This document shows positions 31,381-40,275 of a DNA stretch of 64,000 bases, piece by piece. How positions within the stretch are numbered: position 1 is the first letter of the stretch; each line of letters starts with the position of its first letter. The DNA comes from a virus: positions 1 to 64,000 of the IMG/VR virus record IMGVR_UViG_3300019762_000005, one strand, 5' to 3'. The translations under genes and the position numbers were made by a program. The notes beneath the pieces were generated by a model. That model did not search any database. It was not told where the DNA came from and saw only the letters and a program-made list of their open reading frames with translations.

Positions 31381-31958
31381 TAGAAGTCGTCGCTATCTGA
31401 GTCATAGACTACCTTTCCGTTATCTTTTGACAAACTAAGGTCTAAGTTCTTTTTAGTATCAGCGTACTCTTTAAAGTATTTAGCAGTACTGGCTAGTAAT
31501 TTGTCTAGTGCTTCTACAGATTTGAAGTTGACTACATTTAGTCCTGTTTCAGGATCTTCTCTCCCTTCTAGTTCTTCTATATACCATTTCTTAAGAGAAG
31601 ACTGTCTCATCCTCATTATCTCGTACCATTCGTTCATTTCAAACTCTAATGGATCAAGTGCAACCTCTTTGTATTTAGCTATCAAGCTTAAGGAAAACTC
31701 TGATTTCCAATCAAAGTTGACATCCTTTATTATGTCTTTTGCTAATTGAACTTGCTTCTCATCTTCGTTCAACATATACAATTTAGATGCTGGATTGTAG
31801 GCGTAATGTAGTGCCCACATAACCTTGCTTGAGTAAGCTTTCATTCTACTAGCCTTATCGTCTTTGTATAGCGTTTTGAACGGCTCAACGTATTTAAGTT
31901 CTGGGAACTCGTCCCAAAATCTCTTTGTATGGTCAAAATGATTTCTAAGGTTGCTCAT
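31380..31958 (-). CDS. Conserved crAss-like protein (possible terminase small subunit)
   Basis: FWDEFPEL..FKTLYKDDK...SSKVMWA; helical; near terL. Confidence 0.5.
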   Translation of the reverse strand: MSNLRNHFDHTKRFWDEFPELKYVEPFKTLYKDDKASRMKAYSSKVMWALHYAYNPASKLYMLNEDEKQVQLAKDIIKDVNFDWKSEFSLSLIAKYKEVALDPLEFEMNEWYEIMRMRQSSLKKWYIEELEGREDPETGLNVVNFKSVEALDKLLASTAKYFKEYADTKKNLDLSLSKDNGKVVYDSDSDDF

Positions 31959-32208
31959 CTAATTTCTTTCTTTTATATTCTCTTCGTCTTTCTAACTTGT
32001 ACTTATTCGGCATTATCTTAGCTATACCGCTGAGATGTAGAACACTCAGAGATTCTTCTATAGCTCCAAGATCATCTTCTTTATACTTTTCAGACATCAA
32101 CTTAGCAGCAGTACGTCCGTAATCTCTGTAAGCTTGAAGGGCCTTTCTTTCGTTAAGACCCTTCTCCCTTGCCACTTCTCTAATTATATCTTCCTGCCAC
32201 TTCTCCAT
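31945..32208 (-). CDS. HU/IHF-like protein
   Basis: IIREVAREKGL..., LHLSGIAKI beta motif. Confidence 0.55.
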   Translation of the reverse strand: MEKWQEDIIREVAREKGLNERKALQAYRDYGRTAAKLMSEKYKEDDLGAIEESLSVLHLSGIAKIMPNKYKLERRREYKRKKLDEQP

Positions 32209-32880
32209 TTATAAACTCTTTATAAATTCATGTAGTTTTAAATTCCATTTAGCGTCGTCAAGAGCATTGTGTTCATTACTTTGTTTAGGGTAGTTTTCTA
32301 ATCTTTTACAATACTTTAAATGTTTGTTAAAACTCTCTTGTGTAATACACATTCCAGCATTTCTAACTTTACTATCTAACTCTTGCTTTAAATCTATACA
32401 GTACATTGGGAATCCTTTTGGTAGGTCAATCATACGTCCAAATAACCAACAGAATACTACCCAATCGTAATCAGCATAGTATGCGTAGAAATTTATGTCT
32501 TTCGGTATAATCTTCTCTGTGTTTTCCTTTGGGTAGCCTGTAACAGCGAATCCGTAAGTAAACTCTATAATTTCATTTGCTATTTGAGTCTTTGATTTAC
32601 CCTTCCAATCAATCAATCTTTTAAACCCTTTGTACGTAAAATCTTCTTTATGGTAAGTAGTTTCAGAATTTAATTCTTTCCATATATCTTTAAGTACATT
32701 TTCTCTTAACCACTCATTATTCCAAGCAGCTCTTACGTCAAACTCTTTACAAACATTGTAGTATTCTCTACCGTCTTCCGCTACAATACCTATTGAAATA
32801 AGCTCTATAGTGTCTGTAGCTTTACCTATAAAAGGTTTCTTTTTGTATTCGTGAAATTCTGTGTCTATATAATAATTCAT
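32209..32880 (-). CDS. DEDDh 3'-5' exonuclease (Rv2179c-like)
   Basis: IDTEF, LISIGIV, YADYDWV, HNALDDA motifs. Confidence 0.85.
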   Translation of the reverse strand: MNYYIDTEFHEYKKKPFIGKATDTIELISIGIVAEDGREYYNVCKEFDVRAAWNNEWLRENVLKDIWKELNSETTYHKEDFTYKGFKRLIDWKGKSKTQIANEIIEFTYGFAVTGYPKENTEKIIPKDINFYAYYADYDWVVFCWLFGRMIDLPKGFPMYCIDLKQELDSKVRNAGMCITQESFNKHLKYCKRLENYPKQSNEHNALDDAKWNLKLHEFIKSL

Positions 32881-32900
32881 GCTGTCTTTATTGTATTTGT

Positions 32901-33077
32901 TTAAAACCCTGGTTTAGATTCTTCTTTACGATTCTCGTTGAGATCGTGAGTAGCATCCATTGTTCTCTTTATGATTAATATTCCTAAGAAGTATATCTTA
33001 ACTATCGTCTCTTCATTACAAATGTTGTCTTTTATTGACATCCATTTAATTTTTTGCTCTGTGACTCTTTTAATCAT
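32901..33077 (-). CDS. Small hypothetical protein, 58 aa
   Basis: MIKRVTEQKIKW...KPGF; fills the intergenic gap. Confidence 0.55.
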   Translation of the reverse strand: MIKRVTEQKIKWMSIKDNICNEETIVKIYFLGILIIKRTMDATHDLNENRKEESKPGF

Positions 33078-33079
33078 AA

Positions 33080-33301
33080 CTACTCAGTAAAGTTTGCTTT
33101 AACTGCAAAATGACAAGCTCCTTCTAATTCTGTTTGAGCTATAGATATTACTCTATGCTTTTCTCCAGAAGCTTCTTCAGTTCTCATGCCTTCAAGAAGG
33201 TCTATTACTTCAGCAACTTTGTTTTTGATTTCATCAACCGTGCTGTTCTTTGCTGGATTAAATTCAGCCTTTACTCTTTTTTGTCCTAGTGTTTGTCCCA
33301 T
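33080..33301 (-). CDS. Acb2/Tad1-like helical hairpin protein (candidate immune-signal sponge)
   Basis: LGQKRV..FNP...VDEIK...IDL...R..SIAQTELEGACHFAVKA pattern. Confidence 0.6.
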   Translation of the reverse strand: MGQTLGQKRVKAEFNPAKNSTVDEIKNKVAEVIDLLEGMRTEEASGEKHRVISIAQTELEGACHFAVKANFTE

Positions 33302-33303
33302 GA

Positions 33304-33762
33304 TTACTTTTCTTTTTGATCTTCTGTTAATTCAGATACTATTCTAGTATCTTTTGATAATTCTGCTTCAGTAATTACATCTCCTCTTCTGTAGATTAAC
33401 CTATAAGGTCCGTTAACCTCTGTAAGAGATTTAAGGTTTTCTGCATTCTTTTCCGATTCATTGTCATATATGAATACTAATCCGTTAGCTTCACATTCCC
33501 ATTTAGTGAAAGGAGATACAACCTCGTCGCTCTTCAATAAGAATATATCTCTAGCCGTCTTTCTATAAACTCTAAGATTATGACTAGACTCTCTCATAAG
33601 TCTTTGAAATATTCTGTTTGCTAAATGCTCGTGAGCTATATCGTTGTCGTGATGATCCGTAACTGTAACGCTACCATTCTTGTATAATTCTTGGATGTGT
33701 GAATCTACCAATCTAGTAGTTCTACCTGTTCCTCTAAACTCGTCTTCTTTTAATTCTGCCAT
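33304..33762 (-). CDS. Hypothetical protein with N-terminal P-loop-like motif
   Basis: FRGTGRTTRLVD; no Walker B evident. Confidence 0.55.
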   Translation of the reverse strand: MAELKEDEFRGTGRTTRLVDSHIQELYKNGSVTVTDHHDNDIAHEHLANRIFQRLMRESSHNLRVYRKTARDIFLLKSDEVVSPFTKWECEANGLVFIYDNESEKNAENLKSLTEVNGPYRLIYRRGDVITEAELSKDTRIVSELTEDQKEK

Positions 33763-33771
33763 GATTATTTT

Positions 33772-34404
33772 TTATGAAAATTTAATATCTATTTTTTTCT
33801 TCTTTATTACTTCAGCCTCAGACGAATCTGCTATTTCCTTACCTAGCGTAGATGAGCTAGGAACTTTAGGAAACTCGAATCCACCTATAGAATGAGCTGG
33901 TTTTGCTACTGATTCTATTTCTTGCTCTTCTTTAATCGGTAAAACTTCGTCTATGATTTCTTCCGGTACTGAAGGAGTAGGCTTTGGTATAGGTGTCGGA
34001 GTAGGATACACAGCCTTAGCTGGCTCTTCTTTCCTTGTTAGGATTAGTCCTAGTTCTATACCTTCTTCTGACGGTTCAATGATAAGCGTCTTGTTTAAGA
34101 CTCCGCTCTCTGATAATATCTCCTTTCCAAAAAACTTCTTCGTTTTTAATCTTTTAAGTACTTGGGAGAAGGCAGTAGACTTCATTCCTAAGTCTCTATA
34201 TATCTCCTGTCTAATTTCAGTCGATAGTATAAATTTAGCTCTTTTGTTTTCTTCAATCGAACTATACTCAATATTGTACTCTATGAGCTTAGCTAGTACT
34301 AACTGCTCTTGAGGACTTAGATTTAACGAGAAATTCAGGAAAGCCACCACTTGTCTGTAGACTTGGCCACCTACAAATGGTAATGCTAACTTGAATTCTT
34401 TCAT
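33772..34404 (-). CDS. Winged-helix DNA-binding protein (RepL-like)
   Basis: LSPQEQLVL...RQEIYRDLGMKSTAFSQVLKRLK HTH, then Pro/Glu-rich tail. Confidence 0.55.
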   Translation of the reverse strand: MKEFKLALPFVGGQVYRQVVAFLNFSLNLSPQEQLVLAKLIEYNIEYSSIEENKRAKFILSTEIRQEIYRDLGMKSTAFSQVLKRLKTKKFFGKEILSESGVLNKTLIIEPSEEGIELGLILTRKEEPAKAVYPTPTPIPKPTPSVPEEIIDEVLPIKEEQEIESVAKPAHSIGGFEFPKVPSSSTLGKEIADSSEAEVIKKKKIDIKFS

Positions 34405-34776
34405 TTAGTTTTCTTGCTGTTTGATAAATATACCTTTAGCTTCTTTCTGCATCTCTTCATCAGTTCTCATCTGAACCGCAGCCTGGTTAATCACAAGCAT
34501 ACCAGTACCCATAAGGTATTGGATCATCTTCTTATACATAACAACGTATTGTTTGAAGACTTGGATTTCCTTGCTAATAGTTATAGCGAACTCTTGTAAC
34601 GCTATGGTCCTATTTACACCTGCTGATTTGGTTGTTAGAGTGATTGAAAACACACCATTCTTAGTGTTGTCCTTAATATTGAATGATTGCCCCATAGAGA
34701 CAAATTCTTTATTAATCTCGTTTACCATTGATTCAGTAAACTTCTTTAGGTAATTAAATTCTGCCGTATCTGTCAT
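34405..34776 (-). CDS. Hypothetical protein
   Basis: Co-oriented ORF. Confidence 0.6.
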   Translation of the reverse strand: MTDTAEFNYLKKFTESMVNEINKEFVSMGQSFNIKDNTKNGVFSITLTTKSAGVNRTIALQEFAITISKEIQVFKQYVVMYKKMIQYLMGTGMLVINQAAVQMRTDEEMQKEAKGIFIKQQEN

Positions 34777-34786
34777 TACGTGTTAT

Positions 34787-35071
34787 TTATTTAGTGAAAC
34801 CTAACGCTACTAATTTATCCTCTGGAGAATTCTTAACAGCTACTTTTTCACTCAACTTCTCAATGAAGCTGTCATGAGCCTCTTCAATAGGCATCTTAGT
34901 ATCGTAATATTTAACACCTAATTCCTTTCCTAACTTGTCAGTAGCAATGAACTCGTTGAACACTTCTTGATCCTCAGACTCAGGATACTCACCTTTTTTG
35001 ATTCTTTTAGGTGAAGAAAGTTCTACTGTAATGATTACTACTTCTCCGTTGATTGTGGTTGTTTTTACCAT
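34787..35071 (-). CDS. Hypothetical protein (likely start ATG 35071)
   Basis: The longer ORF-track version crosses a terminator; ATG 35071 follows an A-rich leader. Confidence 0.6.
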   Translation of the reverse strand: MVKTTTINGEVVIITVELSSPKRIKKGEYPESEDQEVFNEFIATDKLGKELGVKYYDTKMPIEEAHDSFIEKLSEKVAVKNSPEDKLVALGFTK

Positions 35072-35146
35072 TGTAATGTTTTGTTCGTTTATATATATAT
35101 GAACTGTAAAGATAGGTAAAAATTTGTAATAGAAAAATCTAGGCAT

Positions 35147-35177
35147 AAAAAAGCCCCTACATAATTGCAGAGGTGTA
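35147..35177 (-). terminator. Probable intrinsic terminator
   Basis: Minus strand CCTCTGCA-ATTA-TGTAGGGG stem then T5. Confidence 0.5.
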
Positions 35178-35599
35178 TTTTCTTCCATCAACTCATCACT
35201 AGATGGTATCTTATATTCTTTCGGCTTCCTTAGACTCAAAAGTTTTTAATAAGTAATTAAAAATTTATCGCTTCGTCATCCTCATAAAGAAGATTGTTAA
35301 TCTCCTTCATCGCATAGCGATGGTTACGGCTTCGCCTATCTACGCTGTTTTGTAGAGAATTGATGCCTAAGAAGTGAATGTTATACCTTTCTTCGTTACC
35401 GTTGTTTGCTTTCAGATTCATATCGCTTCCGTCACGACTTAGATTCTGTAAGTTTTATGTTGTCTCTAAACAGCTATGTATTTATTGACTTGTTATCACG
35501 ATACTTACTAAAAGGATAGCTTGGAATTAAGAGGTCCCGTAACCAAGAATTTTCATTCCTCAACCGGCAAGCTCCACTATTTGCTCAAACATCCAGATG

Positions 35600-35607
35600 C
35601 AAATATA
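35600..35607 (-). promoter_or_regulatory. Bacteroidota -7 promoter element at the head of the leftward block
   Basis: TATATTTG(C). Confidence 0.55.
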
Positions 35608-35689
35608 AGGTTTTATTGCTTATGTGCCAAGATATTAGGTGTGTTTTTTATATTTTTTTTTGGGACTTTTGTATACGAATTGTATGGGT

Positions 35690-35782
35690 TTTTAATTTTT
35701 AGACCCCCCCCTATACTTTTTATATGTTAGCTTCTATAGACTTTTAATTTTTTAGAACCCCATATGTTAGCTTCTAAAGACT
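35690..35782. repeat. Imperfect tandem duplication at the strand switch
   Basis: TTTAATTTTT(T)AGA(A)CCCC...ATATGTTAGCTTCTA(T/A)AGACT occurs twice. Confidence 0.8.
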
Positions 35783-35864
35783 ATCCACCCAAACAACCCC
35801 TACTAAGTTTTAGCGGGAAAAGGTCCCGCCCCTTAAATTGCCAATCGGCCAAACAATTACTACT

Positions 35865-36119
35865 ATGGACATTATTATCGACAAAATTACGAACTCAGAA
35901 AAGAACGAAGGATTATCACACTTATCTATGACTGCTAGTGTAAAGACTAAGTTTGGTCTTAACACTACAAAGATGTACATGTGGGTGATGGATACTGAAC
36001 TTAGCGAGGGTGATACTATTACTGTATCTTCTAGCGACTTCACGTCTTATCAGAAAGAGATGACTGGTGATGATGGTGTTACTAGAGTATTGACATACCT
36101 GAAGCCTTCTGTATTCTAA
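35865..36119 (+). CDS. First early gene, hypothetical (likely start ATG 35865)
   Basis: A/C-rich leader; beta-rich 84 aa; followed by hairpin. Confidence 0.6.
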   Translation: MDIIIDKITNSEKNEGLSHLSMTASVKTKFGLNTTKMYMWVMDTELSEGDTITVSSSDFTSYQKEMTGDDGVTRVLTYLKPSVF

Positions 36120-36680
36120 TACCTTAATAGGGTGAGTGACCTGTAATGGTTGCTCATCTGTTACCGAGGTTGTATGTGATATGCATGCTTATTGGTTTGA
36201 TAACTACCGACTGTACCAGACTGGACCAGACTGTAACAACAAGGTCGTAGACTATACCTTATTATATAGACACCTGCAGAATTGGAACTTTAGCAAAATA
36301 TCAATACGTACAACATTAGCACATTACGGTCCTTATTGGACCAATATTACTAGACTGTACTGTTATGTACTGACTGTTAACCAGTTAGGCCTTGATAGGA
36401 CTACACTTCTTGGATGGGAAATGTTGAAAAGTGTTGGAAAGTGTTAGCAAGTGTGGATGTAATTTACTTATGCTCTCTCGTACCAATCCCATCATACCAA
36501 CATACATCCATTTTAAAGAGCTTAATGTTATTGTCCTTAACAACCAGTCCAGAAGAATACAACAGTCCGTAAGGATTACATTTTACTAGCATTATACATA
36601 AAATACTATGTGTGTGTTAGCAACCTATTACATAAACAAACAACTTTTTTACACAACAATCATTAAAAACTACTACAATT

Positions 36681-37097
36681 ATGGGATTTCAAATACAAAC
36701 TAGTGAAAAGAAAGCAATAGCTATTAACGATTTAGATATTGAAGCATGTGCTCTATGGGGACATGAAGTTGACAAGAAAGCATACGCTAAACCTCTTAGC
36801 AGAGATAAGTTCGAGAACTCTATGGATTATCATTTCCAATCCAATTGGTTTGATGCCATTGGAGGTATGATAGCTCATCCATCAAAATCACCTTACTATA
36901 GTGGGTGGAAAGAGATTAAGCATGGGTTTATTAAACTACATATGGCATCACATTACTTCAAGGGAGATACTTTAGAGTGTCAATCACCAGAGTATATTGC
37001 TGAAGCATACAAACATGTTGTTAAGTATGTAGAGCCATATTTATCATTAATAGATCATTGGGAGTCTAAAGGATATATTCCAGTTAAAATAGATTAA
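36681..37097 (+). CDS. Early hypothetical protein
   Basis: CATTAAAAACTACTA leader. Confidence 0.7.
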   Translation: MGFQIQTSEKKAIAINDLDIEACALWGHEVDKKAYAKPLSRDKFENSMDYHFQSNWFDAIGGMIAHPSKSPYYSGWKEIKHGFIKLHMASHYFKGDTLECQSPEYIAEAYKHVVKYVEPYLSLIDHWESKGYIPVKID

Positions 37098-37133
37098 AAC
37101 AAAACTGTAACAAACATTAAAAACTACTATATC

Positions 37134-37445
37134 ATGAAGGAATTATTAGAACAATTGTTAGAGTCTTACAGAGAAAGACTTGAGTATGCAATCCTTAAAG
37201 AAGGAAAAGATAATCTTTATTACATTATAGGATTATGTAATAGTGTTAGACATGCTGCTTCAAATATAGAAGACTTCTATAAGCTTAAAGATTATCTTAG
37301 AAAGAATCTGCCTGATAAAGTACATAGACCTTGTGATGGAGGAAGAATTTGGGAAATAAGTGATGATAACTATTCTTTCCCATTAACTATCAAAGGTCAC
37401 GATATGCGTGAAGCTTGGATGATAGAACATATTAACAAACATTAA
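37134..37445 (+). CDS. Early hypothetical protein
   Basis: Same CATTAAAAACTACTA leader. Confidence 0.7.
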   Translation: MKELLEQLLESYRERLEYAILKEGKDNLYYIIGLCNSVRHAASNIEDFYKLKDYLRKNLPDKVHRPCDGGRIWEISDDNYSFPLTIKGHDMREAWMIEHINKH

Positions 37446-37543
37446 GATATTAATAGAGGACAATAAACGATAGGTTTTATTAGGGGTAGTCATTTCCTAT
37501 CGGTCCTCTATTATTCATTTATACCCATAAAAAACAACAACCC

Positions 37544-37711
37544 ATGAAAATAGCATTATCATTAATATTAGTAGGAGTAGTATTCGCAATATTATTCATA
37601 GCCTTTATGGCTACATTAGGAGCGATCAACAACCTTATGTTGAGTAACTCATTTATAGCAGTAATAATAACTGCGTCGGTATTATTATACTTCAATAGAG
37701 AAAGAAAATAA
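37544..37711 (+). CDS. Small 2-TM membrane protein, 55 aa
   Basis: MKIALSLILVGVVFAILFIAF...; below track cutoff; A-rich leader. Confidence 0.6.
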   Translation: MKIALSLILVGVVFAILFIAFMATLGAINNLMLSNSFIAVIITASVLLYFNRERK

Positions 37712-37733
37712 CAACCCTTAAAAATAGATTAAG

Positions 37734-37946
37734 ATGAGATATTCGCAACAAATAATAATTGAAGACTTGAAAAAGCTTATAGGAAAAAATGTACACTTCT
37801 CTAATTATGGAGGAAGAAACATAGATATTAAGCATGTATTTGCTGACATTGAATGTGATCAGACAATATATGTAGCTGATGATAATGTAGCTTTAGCTAT
37901 TAACATCTCTGCATTAAAGTATAAAATAAGACAAGAGTCTAAATAA
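37734..37946 (+). CDS. Early hypothetical protein
   Basis: TAACAACCCTTAAAAA leader shared with next gene. Confidence 0.6.
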   Translation: MRYSQQIIIEDLKKLIGKNVHFSNYGGRNIDIKHVFADIECDQTIYVADDNVALAINISALKYKIRQESK

Positions 37947-37968
37947 CAACCCTTAAAAACCTAGAGAC

Positions 37969-38211
37969 ATGAAACATTTACCATTTGTATTAATTGTAAT
38001 ATCAATATTATCAATATTAACAGCGTTAATCTTCAGTGAGACTGGAGTAGCTGTAACGTTAGGAGTAACAATATTACCTATATCATTAAAGATATGGATA
38101 GAGCAAGGTCATTATAATGACAAGAAAGTAGTTAATCGCTACAAGTCAAGACATGCTTATGATAGAATTAATAACCCAAGAGCTGTTAATCGCTATAAAC
38201 AACAAAGATAG
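37969..38211 (+). CDS. Small membrane protein
   Basis: Two hydrophobic segments, basic tail. Confidence 0.6.
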   Translation: MKHLPFVLIVISILSILTALIFSETGVAVTLGVTILPISLKIWIEQGHYNDKKVVNRYKSRHAYDRINNPRAVNRYKQQR

Positions 38212-38213
38212 TT

Positions 38214-38471
38214 ATGAATCCAATGTATGTATTTGAGTCACCTATATCTTCAGTGGAAGAGAGTAGCGAGACTATCAGAAGAATAGCAGTATTCACAAAG
38301 AGACAAGGCTTTAAGTTTATCAAAAAGAATCAATCTCCTCTTGCTAAAAGTAAGCTTAATATCAGCGGAATGAAACATGGTGAACATCTTATGTTTCAAG
38401 GAAGAATATTAATTAGAATCCGAGAGGATCAATGCGTAGGTGCTGAAATAAAAACAGTTAACCTAAAGTAA
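38214..38471 (+). CDS. Hypothetical protein
   Basis: Co-oriented ORF. Confidence 0.6.
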   Translation: MNPMYVFESPISSVEESSETIRRIAVFTKRQGFKFIKKNQSPLAKSKLNISGMKHGEHLMFQGRILIRIREDQCVGAEIKTVNLK

Positions 38472-38573
38472 ATATTTAAGGAGCGCATAATGCGCTATAA
38501 TCAGAAGTGGTGTTGTAGTAGTCATCACTTCTGATTTAAAAACAAACTACTAATAAAACCAATCCCTATTATT

Positions 38574-38975
38574 ATGGCAAAGCCAAGAACATTAAAATCG
38601 TTAGAAGAATTAGCAACAGTATTCGCAGTAATGAATAAAGAAATTGCTGAGAAGCAAAGTTCTCATGTATTATACATTGAGATGTTAAGAAGACAGTTAG
38701 TTAGCACTCATGAGTTTCATATGCTAATCGACTCTATTAATTCCGAAAAGAAAGAACCAAAGAAAGAAATTAAAGTTCCTTCTAAAGAAGAAGTTGAAGG
38801 TATATTAGCTGAAATGGCACTTGAAATATTACCAATAGATGTTGACAAGACGGTTGAAACTATTAGAGATCATATTTCAAAAGGAATAAGCTTTGATGAT
38901 ATTAGAGCTAAAATGAAACATGAGATGCAAAAAGCATCAATATTAGGTATGATTAAATCATCAATAGAAAATTAA
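38574..38975 (+). CDS. Hypothetical helical protein
   Basis: Co-oriented ORF with A-rich leader. Confidence 0.65.
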   Translation: MAKPRTLKSLEELATVFAVMNKEIAEKQSSHVLYIEMLRRQLVSTHEFHMLIDSINSEKKEPKKEIKVPSKEEVEGILAEMALEILPIDVDKTVETIRDHISKGISFDDIRAKMKHEMQKASILGMIKSSIEN

Positions 38976-39152
38976 GATTAAAAGATCACAAATAAGAAAT
39001 GAGTAGTAGTACAGAGGAGAGAACGCTGTACTACTATTTATACTACACACTCAGGTAATAGCGAGCTGTTCAAATGAAATGTAAAGAAGTCTCAACCAAA
39101 TCAAAACCAAAAATTAAAACCAGGGTTATAAAACCCACAACAAGAAAAGATT

Positions 39153-39671
39153 ATGAAAAACACAAACACAAGTCCGAAAGCATTATTTGTTAAAGCTGTT
39201 ACTTCAGTAGATGAAGAAAACGAACAATTAGTAGATAAGAATGGTAGAGAGTATAAAAGAATTACTGTCTCAAAAGTAGATTATTCTTTGGTCTTTAATC
39301 CTATTACAGGTAAAGACGAAGTTGCCGTTGGTAAAACTAAAGAATCAGGATTCAAAGCCTATAAAAAGAACTATTTAGATCGTGAAGATTTTGGATGGAC
39401 TCTTGAACCAGGTAAAATGATCCTTGGTGATTTAATAACTAAGAATACTACTCCTTATGAAATTGATGGTAGAATTGTTAATACAGCTACAGCTTTAGTA
39501 GTTGCTAACACTAACGAACCTGAAAACTTTAAAAGAGCTACTGCAGCTGCATTTAAAGATTTAGCATCACAAGGTAAGGATCAACCAGTGAGATTCACGG
39601 TTATCGAAGACGTTGTTGAGGAAGCTGCAAGTGCTGTAGTATCTGCAATTCCTGAAGGAATGGAGGGGTAA
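39153..39671 (+). CDS. Putative single-stranded DNA-binding protein (crAss type)
   Basis: DKNGREYKRI, PYEIDGRIVNT, acidic C-tail, followed by a strong terminator. Confidence 0.55.
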   Translation: MKNTNTSPKALFVKAVTSVDEENEQLVDKNGREYKRITVSKVDYSLVFNPITGKDEVAVGKTKESGFKAYKKNYLDREDFGWTLEPGKMILGDLITKNTTPYEIDGRIVNTATALVVANTNEPENFKRATAAAFKDLASQGKDQPVRFTVIEDVVEEAASAVVSAIPEGMEG

Positions 39672-39693
39672 TTACCTTCATTAAATGTTGAAT

Positions 39694-39729
39694 AAAAAGA
39701 CCTATAGCATAAGTTATAGGTCTTTTTTT
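39694..39729 (+). terminator. Intrinsic terminator
   Basis: AAAAAGACCTATAGC-ATAA-GTTATAGGTCTTTTTTT. Confidence 0.85.
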
Positions 39730-39731
39730 AT

Positions 39732-39842
39732 AGTCAAGTGGCGGAGTTGGTTTCAACGCTCCACTAAATAAAGTGGCAACTGAGTAGTTTAATTATAGCT
39801 AATTAAATAAAAGGTACGCAGGTTCGAATCCTGCCTTGACTA
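39732..39842 (+). tRNA. Atypical tRNA-like RNA (111 nt, no assignable anticodon)
   Basis: Acceptor AGTCAAG/CTTGACT, D arm GCG..TGG..CGC, T arm GCAGG-TTCGAAT-CCTGC; abnormal anticodon loop; long variable region. Confidence 0.65.
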
Positions 39843-39854
39843 CAAGTTAAATAG

Positions 39855-40027
39855 ATAATTCCGAAGAAGGAATATATGTAGCTGACTAATAATACTAATC
39901 GTTGTGCAATCTTACTATAAAACCTGCATAGGTAAACGTGAGTGGTAAATAGCAGAAGTGCTAACAACGTGATATAAGGGTAGACTCTATGTGTAAGTTC
40001 GAATGCGAAGCACTAGAGCTACCCTTT
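39855..40027 (+). ncRNA. Putative structured RNA
   Basis: Stems ATTCC/GGAAT, CGTTG/CAACG, ACCT/AGGT, TAGCA/TGCTA, AAGGGTAG/CTACCCTT with CTCTA/TAGAG. Confidence 0.4.
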
Positions 40028-40057
40028 ATTTATTTATTTATTAAAAAACAAAACCCA

Positions 40058-40261
40058 ATGAAAAAAGCAATTATTATAATAACAACAATCATAGCAACTA
40101 GTTGTGCTAATGTTGACAATTCAGAAGACAAGATTATACACGATCAAGGAAGAATAAAATTTATAGACTTTAAGAGTGAAGGCGCTATAGACTTACATAT
40201 AATCGAAATAGACGGACAGGAGTATCTTGTTAGCTATAGAGGAGGAATTATAAAACTATAA
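40058..40261 (+). CDS. Small lipoprotein (likely start ATG 40058)
   Basis: MKKAIIIITTIIATS-C lipobox. Confidence 0.65.
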   Translation: MKKAIIIITTIIATSCANVDNSEDKIIHDQGRIKFIDFKSEGAIDLHIIEIDGQEYLVSYRGGIIKL

Positions 40262-40275
40262 TAAAACAAACCCTC

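Noticed and set aside
240-35730. Plus-strand ORFs in the track within the structural block
   Set aside because: Mostly antisense shadows of long minus-strand genes, with no motifs or initiation context.
36136-36447. 103-aa ORF after the first early gene
   Set aside because: Runs across a hairpin and short tandem repeats, GTG start without the A-rich leader; probably non-coding.
35690-36460. Possible mini-CRISPR array
   Set aside because: Repeats are short, degenerate and lack regular unique spacers; no cas genes.
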